From IMG/VR virus record IMGVR_UViG_3300027747_002427: a stretch of DNA of 64,000 bases; one strand, 5' to 3'. Positions 56,300-64,000 of this stretch are shown here, piece after piece (within the stretch, counting starts at the first letter, position 1; each line of letters opens with the position of its first letter). This DNA comes from a virus. Taxonomy: Duplodnaviria > Caudoviricetes. The position numbers were made by a program, and so were the translations under genes. The notes beneath the pieces are model-generated. The model was given only the letters and a program-made list of their open reading frames with translations, had not been told where the DNA came from and searched no databases.

Positions 56300-57122
56300 G
56301 ATTTTTATATATTTGCTTTAAACTCTCTATTACTTCTTTTTCTGAGTAATTTTTTTCAATAGGTCCATATCCTTGTATTACACTAAAATTATTTTTTTGA
56401 ATAAAAATATCTAGAGCCTTTTTAAAATTCTCTTGAAAATTAGATTCATTTCTAATCTTGCTTTGTTGATGATCAGGTACGATATCTTTTAAATATTTTT
56501 TAGAATCTTTAATATCTGCAAACCATCTAAATGGTGGGTGATACCCTTTTTTTATTATTTGATATGTATGGTCAACATGCTCTAAAGCATTATAAAAATT
56601 CTCGTCCATTAAACCACAATCTTTTAATACATCTATATGATAATAACTAAGGGCTCCTAGTATATTAGGATACAAGTCTATTTCTGTATGACCATAATTG
56701 ACTGTTTTTCTAATAGTAGGATTTCCATAAGGATCTATGTTATGATTGCCATGTAGACCAAAATTAAAATGTTTTATACCAGTAGCTTTGGAAGTATTAA
56801 TATAAGCTTCAAATATATTATTATCTACAACTTCAATATCATCTTCCATTAAAAATATATGTTCACAACCAATTTTTATTAAATGTTTTAAAGCTAAATT
56901 CTTTGCAACGGCAACACCTTCTTTATTTTTAGTCTTTATATAATGAACATTATTTTCTTCACCTTGCTCTATAAGATTTCTTACATGCTCTTCTCCATCA
57001 TCTACTATTACAAAACTAATATTGTGATTATCTTTAACTGATTTATAACTCTTTTGAAAGAATTCTGGTCTATCGCAGGTTATTAATCCAACACCAATCT
57101 TACACGATATTGCTTTTTGCAT
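56292..57122 (-). CDS. GT2-like glycosyltransferase
   Basis: KIGVGLITCDR, VDDG, GVAVAKN, HIFLMEDD, MDENF...EHVD. Confidence 0.85.
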   Translation of the reverse strand: MQKAISCKIGVGLITCDRPEFFQKSYKSVKDNHNISFVIVDDGEEHVRNLIEQGEENNVHYIKTKNKEGVAVAKNLALKHLIKIGCEHIFLMEDDIEVVDNNIFEAYINTSKATGIKHFNFGLHGNHNIDPYGNPTIRKTVNYGHTEIDLYPNILGALSYYHIDVLKDCGLMDENFYNALEHVDHTYQIIKKGYHPPFRWFADIKDSKKYLKDIVPDHQQSKIRNESNFQENFKKALDIFIQKNNFSVIQGYGPIEKNYSEKEVIESLKQIYKNHV

Positions 57123-57867
57123 AATTCTTTTGAATGATTTCCATGGAATTCAATAATTGTTCCTGGGTAACTCCTGCTGGTTCATTTTGCCCGGGAATAT
57201 ATTGATTATTATACATGAAATATGCATAGGAAATCTGTACTCCTTTATCTAAATCTGGTATATCTTTGTAATTTATTTTCTGAATCATGGAATTAGATTT
57301 AGATAAACCATCCTTTATAGAAGGATGAAAATGATTAGGAGGATATATACCCTTCTTTCTCATCTTTAAAACATAATCTAACACATCTAAATGTTTAGAA
57401 TTATAAAATCTTTCATCAAAATAGCCGTTATTCTTCACAACCCCTGTGTATAAGAATATAAAATCACTATTTAATTCTGGTGTAAGATTTAAAGTTACAC
57501 CGGCTTCGTCATCTTCAAGAGGTATTGATTTATCACCTGGTCCTAAAATAAACCAAGTACCAAATACTTCTGCGGTTTTAATAGTCTTTTCAAATACATT
57601 TGGATTTTCTATAACTTGATTAGAGTTAATTAAGAATAAAAATTTATAATCCTTAATGCGTAATTGTGATAATGCCCAATTACGTAGAGTAGCAAATGAT
57701 ACTTCTCTATCATAAGATCTAGAAATGGGGGTTTTAGAGGTGCGATTTTTCGTATTAGATACCACTACTACATTGTTTTTTAATTCTTCTGGTATAGATG
57801 AATAGCATCTATCAAGATCTTCTGAGGTGTAAACGTCTAATATTCCTATGCCTATTTTGTCATTCAT
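57100..57867 (-). CDS. Degenerate GT2 paralog
   Basis: KIGIGI, RNWAL, FDERF, KKG.YPP align to the neighbours, but EDD is replaced by NSN. Confidence 0.6.
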   Translation of the reverse strand: MNDKIGIGILDVYTSEDLDRCYSSIPEELKNNVVVVSNTKNRTSKTPISRSYDREVSFATLRNWALSQLRIKDYKFLFLINSNQVIENPNVFEKTIKTAEVFGTWFILGPGDKSIPLEDDEAGVTLNLTPELNSDFIFLYTGVVKNNGYFDERFYNSKHLDVLDYVLKMRKKGIYPPNHFHPSIKDGLSKSNSMIQKINYKDIPDLDKGVQISYAYFMYNNQYIPGQNEPAGVTQEQLLNSMEIIQKNYAKSNIV

Positions 57868-58916
57868 GTTAATTTTGTGTAAAGGTTGTCTAAATAATTT
57901 ACTATATCTTCTTTATGTTGCACTTCTAAAGATTCTACAAAGTCTTTTATACTTTTAGGTATATCAATAGCTGTATATTCTATGTTATTAGTGTTTAAAT
58001 CATCATCCATATTAGACAATTTGTAATCTATACGAAAGAATTTCGGGCCAAGATTTTGAATTTTGGACGATAAAAGAGGTATTTTTTCTGGCTCTATATT
58101 TTTATCTACGATAAAACTAACTATATTATTAGGTACATTATCTTTTAAATATTGAGAATCTTGTTTACCACATTGTAAATCATTTAAGCTTACTTTAATA
58201 TGCTTAGGTGATAGGGTATTTTCAAAAAATTCAATTTCTTCTGTCTCTACATTTAAAATATAAATTCCTCTATCATCTCCTGTGTCTCCAAAATTTTGTT
58301 GATATGGACTTCCTACATATAAAATTTTTCCCTTATCATAATTTCTAAGCTCTCTTTTATGAAAATGACCTGATAATACAAAGGGTGATTTATCCAATAA
58401 TGATTTAGATTCGAATCCGTGGTCACAAACCTTAAAGGAATTCATATAAAAAGATTGTATCTCAAAATGACCAAAGCAAATATCACTTTCTGGTATATCT
58501 TTTAGATCTGTTCCCCAAGGAATTAAAGATATTTTCTTATCACCAGCCGCAATAATAATAGGAGTTTTGTCTACTATTATGATATTATCCCAACCATCAA
58601 GCATAGTAATTGAATTAACATCGGACCTATCTTTGTAATAACAGTCATGATTACCTGTAGAAATAAAAATACGAAAGTCTTTTAGTATAGAAAAGAATTC
58701 TTTAGCAATGGTTAATGTATTAACTGATATCTCATTTCTATTATGGAATATATCTCCCGGTATAATAATGTCATTTATACCTTTTTGAGAATATAATTCT
58801 TTAACCCACTCAGCAAATTCCAAGACACTCTTGTGCCACATAGAACTATCTTGCCCTAACCCTATATGGATATCAGAGAATACACCGACATTCTTACTTT
58901 TTATACTATAACTCAT
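57864..58916 (-). CDS. gp47: Recombination endonuclease nuclease subunit (gp47/Mre11-like)
   Basis: SDIHIG, GDIFH, GNHD, IPW, GHFE, SGHFH, YVGSP. Confidence 0.95.
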   Translation of the reverse strand: MSYSIKSKNVGVFSDIHIGLGQDSSMWHKSVLEFAEWVKELYSQKGINDIIIPGDIFHNRNEISVNTLTIAKEFFSILKDFRIFISTGNHDCYYKDRSDVNSITMLDGWDNIIIVDKTPIIIAAGDKKISLIPWGTDLKDIPESDICFGHFEIQSFYMNSFKVCDHGFESKSLLDKSPFVLSGHFHKRELRNYDKGKILYVGSPYQQNFGDTGDDRGIYILNVETEEIEFFENTLSPKHIKVSLNDLQCGKQDSQYLKDNVPNNIVSFIVDKNIEPEKIPLLSSKIQNLGPKFFRIDYKLSNMDDDLNTNNIEYTAIDIPKSIKDFVESLEVQHKEDIVNYLDNLYTKLT

Positions 58917-59608
58917 TACTCCCTATTACGTTCTCTCATGATTTTGATCTGATTATTACGCATTAAATTATTATAATTCTCAGACATAGACATTAATTCA
59001 TTTTGATACTTCTCATGAGTATCTCTCATATGCTTTTCTTTCTTGATTCTATTTCTGAAAGCGTTAAATGCTATGCGAGTGAAGTAAGAGAACGGATTAG
59101 TACCCTTAACTCTATCATATTTCTTAGACATAAGAGCCTTAAACATTCTTATAATACCATCTCCTACCATTTCCTCTCTATAGGTATAGTTAATAAAGTT
59201 AGGAGCATAACTGAGCTTATGAGAAATCTTACTAACCATCTCTGCTAAATCATTTGACATATGACCGGAATCATAATATTTGACAATCTCATCATCAAAG
59301 TGTTTCGGATCTACATAAAACTTCTCTTTATCAGCTGGCTTCTTTCCTCTTTTCTTTTTAACAGGTTCTTCTGGTTCGACTACTGTGACTACTTTAGTAA
59401 CTATTTCTTCTAGTTCTTCTTCGTCTATTTCATCATCTTCTTCTATATTTTCTTCTTTGCTTGAAATAATAATTTCATCATCGTCATCATCTGAGAAATC
59501 TTCTGTTGCGTCAAGATCAATGCCTAAGTGGGCAGCTTCTTCTTCTGAGTAGTTAATAAAATCATCATTGTTTAATGATTTACGATAATTCTTTTTCCGT
59601 GTATTCAT
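58916..59608 (-). CDS. gp55: Late-transcription sigma factor (gp55-like) with acidic N-terminal extension
   Basis: YVD, KISHKLS..PNFINYTYREEMVGDGI, NPFSYFTRIAFNAF..RIKKEK. Confidence 0.92.
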   Translation of the reverse strand: MNTRKKNYRKSLNNDDFINYSEEEAAHLGIDLDATEDFSDDDDDEIIISSKEENIEEDDEIDEEELEEIVTKVVTVVEPEEPVKKKRGKKPADKEKFYVDPKHFDDEIVKYYDSGHMSNDLAEMVSKISHKLSYAPNFINYTYREEMVGDGIIRMFKALMSKKYDRVKGTNPFSYFTRIAFNAFRNRIKKEKHMRDTHEKYQNELMSMSENYNNLMRNNQIKIMRERNRE

Positions 59609-60998
59609 ATTTTTCTAAATTGTAAAGTTTCTTCCTTTCGGATAAATGTATTTTACCATACTTTGTATTATCTGCAATGTCAAATATGGTAGCTATCTTT
59701 TTAGTGTGATGCAAACGAAGTGCTCTGCCTATGGATTGCATAATCTTAATCTTGGCTTTACCAGCCGAAGCAAAAATAATATTATGTAAATTAGGTATAT
59801 TAATACCTGTACTAAAAATTTTAGAAACCGCAATTACAATAATATCATTGCGATCATTCATCAAGGATCTAATATTCTCTCGGTCTTCTACTTCTGTGGA
59901 TCCTCTGATAAAGTATATAGGTCTTTCCGTACTCATACTATCTAAAGTAGCTTTTATAATTTCTCCGTGTGCTATGCGGTCTACCATTATAAGAGAATTA
60001 TTTTCTAATTTGGTTGCTAATCGGGATATAATTTCATTTCTTCTACTATTGTTTATAAGAAAATCCAATTCATTCTCATAAGCTGCAGTGGGTGATGAAT
60101 AATCTGAGGTAGATGGGCGGGTGTTATGAATTATATTTAAAATAACTATTTTAAAATCTGATACATGAGATTGTTTTTTAAGATCGTCTGTCTTCTGTTC
60201 AAAGGTTATAGGACCTAATTTACCTATAATATTCCATTGATCTATTTCAGAAGGTGGCATTGTACCTGTAAATCCAAATTTATAATCTGTATTAATAAAA
60301 TTTAAAACCTTATTAAGTTGATTTCCCTTCCTTAAGGAATGAGCTTCATCCATTAATAAAATTTTAATGTCAGCTAATTTGGATAAATCTGAACTCTCAC
60401 TTAATAATATTTGAGTACCTGCTACTATTATAGTAGCTTCTGGGTCTGGTTTATTATTACCAGACCATTTAGTGACTCCTTTTAATCCATAGGAAGTAAA
60501 ATCATTAGCGGTCTGTTCTACTAATTGCAAAGAAGGGACAGTAACTAAAACTAAAGCATCTGGGTCTTTAAGATTGGCTCTTAGACTTTCTATAAGAGTA
60601 GCACATATTAAGGTTTTTCCTCCAGCTGTAGGAATTAAAGTAACACCCCTACCTTGTCTAAGAGCTGATATGACTGACTTCTCTTGATAATCTCTTAGTT
60701 TTAAATTTAATTCTTTAATTTCTGGTTTATCAAATCCAGGATTGAATATTGTTTTGATTTCTGGATCAATACTATATTCATAATGATTTAATTCTGCAAA
60801 TGTAATAACATCTTTAAAAAGACCTGCATCAAATTTGCCAGAAGGGGTTATAGCATATAACCTAGGTTGTATATAAGGATTGTTTCTTCTATAAGCTGGA
60901 TTAGCTATAGAAAATTTTTCTCTTATCAATGATATACTTCTCAGATCTCCACTGATTTGAATTTGTTTCTTTTTGTTTATTAAAGCAAATGATATCAT
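59580..60998 (-). CDS. uvsW: SF2 DNA helicase UvsW
   Basis: LRDYQ, PTAGGKT, VP...LVEQ, DEAH, GFTGT, FSTGINIPNL, QSIGRALR. Confidence 0.93.
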   Translation of the reverse strand: MISFALINKKKQIQISGDLRSISLIREKFSIANPAYRRNNPYIQPRLYAITPSGKFDAGLFKDVITFAELNHYEYSIDPEIKTIFNPGFDKPEIKELNLKLRDYQEKSVISALRQGRGVTLIPTAGGKTLICATLIESLRANLKDPDALVLVTVPSLQLVEQTANDFTSYGLKGVTKWSGNNKPDPEATIIVAGTQILLSESSDLSKLADIKILLMDEAHSLRKGNQLNKVLNFINTDYKFGFTGTMPPSEIDQWNIIGKLGPITFEQKTDDLKKQSHVSDFKIVILNIIHNTRPSTSDYSSPTAAYENELDFLINNSRRNEIISRLATKLENNSLIMVDRIAHGEIIKATLDSMSTERPIYFIRGSTEVEDRENIRSLMNDRNDIIVIAVSKIFSTGINIPNLHNIIFASAGKAKIKIMQSIGRALRLHHTKKIATIFDIADNTKYGKIHLSERKKLYNLEKYEYTEKELS

Positions 60999-61393
60999 GT
61001 GGTTTCCAACTTATTAATCTCTATAATATTTTTGAGATCATAAGTCATACTCCTAAAGATAGATTCAACCTTTTCTAAATATTCAATAACTAATTTTGCA
61101 TTAGCCATCTCTTCGTCTATTTTTTGAATAGCTTCGGACTCTTCTATCTTTCTATCTAAAGCAGTTTTCGGTATACCCGGAGGAATACCTTCTCTTTCAT
61201 AAGATGCATAAACAGCAGCTCTTATAGTCTTTCTTTTCTTTTCTAAAGAATAAAGATATCTTTTTTGTTCTATAAGACGTGCTACCCATTTATGTTTAAT
61301 AGCTGGTAATCTTAATTGTTTTTCTAAAAGATTTAGTTCGTCTACTTTAGTATCTTCTTCTAATTCTTTTTTGATTTCTTCTATTATAACCAT
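60995..61393 (-). CDS. uvsY: Recombination mediator UvsY-like
   Basis: EEDTKVDELNL..KQL.LPAIKHKW, coiled coil, YDLKNIIE; adjacent to uvsW. Confidence 0.75.
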   Translation of the reverse strand: MVIIEEIKKELEEDTKVDELNLLEKQLRLPAIKHKWVARLIEQKRYLYSLEKKRKTIRAAVYASYEREGIPPGIPKTALDRKIEESEAIQKIDEEMANAKLVIEYLEKVESIFRSMTYDLKNIIEINKLETT

Positions 61394-61405
61394 AAATATA
61401 ACTAA

Positions 61406-61433
61406 ATTATAACATATGGCAAGTAGATTTCAA
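61406..61433 (-). promoter_or_regulatory. Sigma70-like promoter TTGAAA-N16-TATAAT (extended -10)
   Basis: Starts the minus-strand replication arm, 12 nt before uvsY; divergent TAAATA on the + strand at 61393-61398. Confidence 0.6.
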
Positions 61434-61664
61434 CAATTAATAGATAATATCATGGAGAACATGAATGCATCGGGAGCTGGTGGAGCTTTCGGCACACCTC
61501 AACAAGCTGTATATAATCCACCTTCAAATATAAATTCCGGTGATACATATGCTCCTAATAATGCCATGAATATTTTTGGATTTCCTAAGATGGCTAAAAG
61601 AAAGAAACCAGAGTTTTTAGTATTTGGTAAATCCAAAAAGAAATTAAGAAAGAAAAAGAAATAA
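61416..61664 (+). CDS. Small hypothetical protein with basic tail
   Basis: 82 aa, ends KSKKKLRKKKK. Confidence 0.6.
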   Translation: MASRFQQLIDNIMENMNASGAGGAFGTPQQAVYNPPSNINSGDTYAPNNAMNIFGFPKMAKRKKPEFLVFGKSKKKLRKKKK

Positions 61665-62098
61665 TGGATAATGGCCATTGGATATTAGAAGATGGTGTAG
61701 AAATAAAAGAAGACACCTTTGGATTTATATACGAAATAACCAATACGGTTACAAATAGAAAATATATTGGCAAGAAACAATGTATTTCACGTTTTAAACG
61801 CAAACCTTTGAAGGGCAAAAAAAATAAACGTATAGACTATAAAGAATCAGACTGGAAGAAATATACAAGTTCTTCTAATGAATTAAATGCTGATATAGAA
61901 AAATATGGCAAGGATAAATTTACGTTTAAGATATTAAAAGCTTGTGGGTCTAAGTGGGAAAATGCTTACTTTGAAATAAAGGAACAATTAGAACGTAATG
62001 TTTTAATGAGAGATGATTATTATAACGGTATAATTAATGTTCGTATAGGTACTCCACCAAAAGAAATCAAGTTAAAATTCCAGTCGGAGGTTAAGTAG
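61664..62098 (+). CDS. GIY-YIG-like nuclease
   Basis: GFIYEITN....KYIGKK, DWKKY.SS, YFE, YNG.I. Confidence 0.7.
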   Translation: MDNGHWILEDGVEIKEDTFGFIYEITNTVTNRKYIGKKQCISRFKRKPLKGKKNKRIDYKESDWKKYTSSSNELNADIEKYGKDKFTFKILKACGSKWENAYFEIKEQLERNVLMRDDYYNGIINVRIGTPPKEIKLKFQSEVK

Positions 62099-62102
62099 TA
62101 AA

Positions 62103-62660
62103 ATGGCTAAAACTCAATGCATCTATTGTTCTTCCTCAACTTATGGAAGACCATGTCTTTATTCACCTACTAATACCCACGTTCATATGGATGAACCGGG
62201 TAAGTGCATTTATTGTGGTTCTCCTCATGTAGGTGGTGGCTGTATTTATAATCCATATGGAACCCAACACGTTAAGGGACCGGAATATCTTATAAGTGCT
62301 AAGATAAAAACAGAAAAGGCTATAGTTTTAAATTATCTTTTAAATAAAATAGGAGCTGAAGTTATAAGTGAATCTTATACATCTCCTTTGGATAGATTTT
62401 ACAAAAGAATTGTTAATATAATATTAACAACTGCAGAACCCTTATTAGAAGCATTGGGTTTACAACAAGCTTCAATTCATTCTAGATTAGAAAAACAGCA
62501 ACTTATAACAGCTTTAGAATATAAACATAAATTTAAAAAACATTTCAGTGAATTAAACAAAACCATATCAGAAGCTGGAATGCAATTACCACCAGAAATT
62601 GTGGAAGAATATCTCGTTGATGCTATAATAGATAGCAAAGATGGAGAGTCGAAGAATTAA
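62103..62660 (+). CDS. Hypothetical protein with duplicated CxxC-x8-C-x7/8-H motif
   Basis: CIYCSSSTYGRPCLYSPTNTH and CIYCGSPHVGGGCIYNPYGTQH. Confidence 0.65.
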   Translation: MAKTQCIYCSSSTYGRPCLYSPTNTHVHMDEPGKCIYCGSPHVGGGCIYNPYGTQHVKGPEYLISAKIKTEKAIVLNYLLNKIGAEVISESYTSPLDRFYKRIVNIILTTAEPLLEALGLQQASIHSRLEKQQLITALEYKHKFKKHFSELNKTISEAGMQLPPEIVEEYLVDAIIDSKDGESKN

Positions 62661-63138
62661 AGATTACCTAGTATATTATATTCCTCAGAGGGTTATTATA
62701 TTCCCTATAAATGAGTATCAGGAAGTAATAATAGATAATATTGTAAAAAATTTCTTGGAGTGGGGATTGCTAGACAATAAAGTTATTAGCTGTAAAGAAA
62801 AATATTTTAAATATTTTTTAGAAAAAGAAATAGATTCTATTTTAGATTCTTTTAGAATGATGTTTTCAAACCTAAATGTAAAGATATTAACGGTTTATAG
62901 AAATGCTGAAATTAGTGATTCTTATAAACATTGGTTTGAAGATAATACGCGCTTTAGCAAAACTTTGGTTAAAACACTTAAGAAAAAAACAAAATATTTT
63001 AAAGAAATAAAAAAAGATAACTTGTTGTTTATCAACACAGAAGGAAATTTTCAAGGCATTAAATTAGGAGTACCTTCTGGAGAAGAGATGGAATTTTTGC
63101 AAAAAGCCCTTGCAAAATCAAATACCCCAAATAATTAG
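62641..63138 (+). CDS. Hypothetical protein
   Basis: 165 aa overlapping the upstream gene. Confidence 0.55.
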   Translation: MESRRIKDYLVYYIPQRVIIFPINEYQEVIIDNIVKNFLEWGLLDNKVISCKEKYFKYFLEKEIDSILDSFRMMFSNLNVKILTVYRNAEISDSYKHWFEDNTRFSKTLVKTLKKKTKYFKEIKKDNLLFINTEGNFQGIKLGVPSGEEMEFLQKALAKSNTPNN

Positions 63139-63233
63139 AGTTAGGAAGCCTCGGTACCTTCTTTATAAAACGGGCGTATAAAAATTACTCTTTATCTACT
63201 AAAGTAGCAATTTTTAAATAAGTATAAAAGTAA

Positions 63234-63800
63234 ATGTATTATCCTAATAATAGTCTAAGTGACGATATAACACCCGTAAACGATTTTTTCTTAAAACAAG
63301 CGAAGCCTTACATAAGAAACGTAAAACCTTATACATTTAGTTTATCTAACACAATTTCTTCTTCTCAGAGAGTTATTATTTCTGGTAAGAATTTCTTCTC
63401 TATTTCTAATATCTTTTTAAGTGGTTCTAATCCATCCATGTTAGATGGTGTTACATTTTTTAATCTTTTTTCATCAGAACCTAGATTATCAGCAATAAAC
63501 CCTTCATTCAGTGCTGTAGAGATTCCTACATTTACACAAATAGATAATGTTATATATTTTGATATACCACCTATAAAACAAAATGGATTTTTAGATGTTA
63601 TTGTTTTGAATGAGGCTGGATATGGAGTATTGTCTAGAGACAGCTATAAACAAAGCTTAAGTGCTTTAAGAAGACTTCAATTACCGAGTATCTACGGTAT
63701 TAAAGTAGGTACATTTGACAATAAAAACATATATTTTGCTTCTCAAACCAGTGTATGGTTCATTACAGAAAATAATATACCACTGTCATTGGAGAATTAA
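63234..63800 (+). CDS. Hypothetical beta-rich protein (Ig/IPT-like, possibly structural)
   Basis: VIISGKNF, VIYFDIP, LDVIVLNEAG resemble IPT/TIG strands; TAAGTA upstream. Confidence 0.45.
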   Translation: MYYPNNSLSDDITPVNDFFLKQAKPYIRNVKPYTFSLSNTISSSQRVIISGKNFFSISNIFLSGSNPSMLDGVTFFNLFSSEPRLSAINPSFSAVEIPTFTQIDNVIYFDIPPIKQNGFLDVIVLNEAGYGVLSRDSYKQSLSALRRLQLPSIYGIKVGTFDNKNIYFASQTSVWFITENNIPLSLEN

Positions 63801-63819
63801 AGGATAATTATATCAAATA

Positions 63820-64000
63820 ATGAGCATCAAATTTTCAGATTTACCTTTTTTACAAACCTTACAAAACGGAGATATTATTCCTATCGTAAGAGACAATACA
63901 AATTATATAGTAAATGGAAAATCTTTATACAATTCTTTAACTGGTAATTTTTATGATTCTTTATATACATCTTTGACTGGTAATTTCATAAGCCCAGCAG
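63820..64000 (+). CDS. Partial ORF, possible tail fibre N-terminus (runs off the window)
   Basis: Manual translation MSIKFSDLPFLQTLQNGDIIPIVRDNTNYIVNGKSLYNSLTGNFYDSLYTSLTGNFISPA; no stop to the end; duplicated SLYxSLTGNF. Confidence 0.45.
   Translation, partial: MSIKFSDLPFLQTLQNGDIIPIVRDNTNYIVNGKSLYNSLTGNFYDSLYTSLTGNFISPA

Noticed and set aside
44393-57867. Island as a prophage, transposon or host contamination
   Set aside because: No mobility genes or terminal repeats; it overlaps phage core genes at both ends and uses the same promoter style
63139-63233. Intergenic stretch with GC-richer patch (GGAAGCCTCGGTACCTTC, CGGGCG) as a possible small RNA or tRNA
   Set aside because: No cloverleaf or convincing stem; only weak 4-bp pairings
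1-64000. CRISPR array, tRNA or rRNA genes, queC, portal, major capsid, primase
   Set aside because: None recognised in this window; they may lie elsewhere in the genome

Overview
A 64 kb, AT-rich fragment of a large, divergent T4-like (myovirus) phage genome. No tRNA, rRNA, CRISPR array, intron or intein was recognised. The left part (about 1-25.5 kb, mostly + strand) is the neck, tail and baseplate module with the large terminase. It includes two tandem gp5 OB-fold paralogs, each with a different peptidoglycan-enzyme-like cassette inserted inside the OB fold, and a separately encoded spike. The right part (about 25.5-61.4 kb, - strand) is the replication/recombination arm: gp45, gp32, gp41, UvsX, ThyX, gp43, gp46/gp47, gp55, UvsW and UvsY. 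A dispersed 7-deazaguanine pathway (FolE2, QueD, QueE and a TGT/DpdA-fold enzyme; no QueC in the window) is interleaved with these genes. A 13.5 kb, 17-gene glycosylation island splits gp47 from gp46 and overlaps both by ATGA stop/start junctions. It encodes an apparently complete NDP-heptose pathway, two methyltransferases and about ten glycosyltransferases, several from families best known in eukaryotes (GT47, GT77, GT34). Genes lack Shine-Dalgarno sequences. Two recurrent promoter-like motifs (TAA[A/G]TA and TTGnnn-N16-TAnnnT) sit a few bases before start codons, suggesting largely leaderless mRNAs. All protein calls rest on motifs and synteny read by eye; no database search was run.
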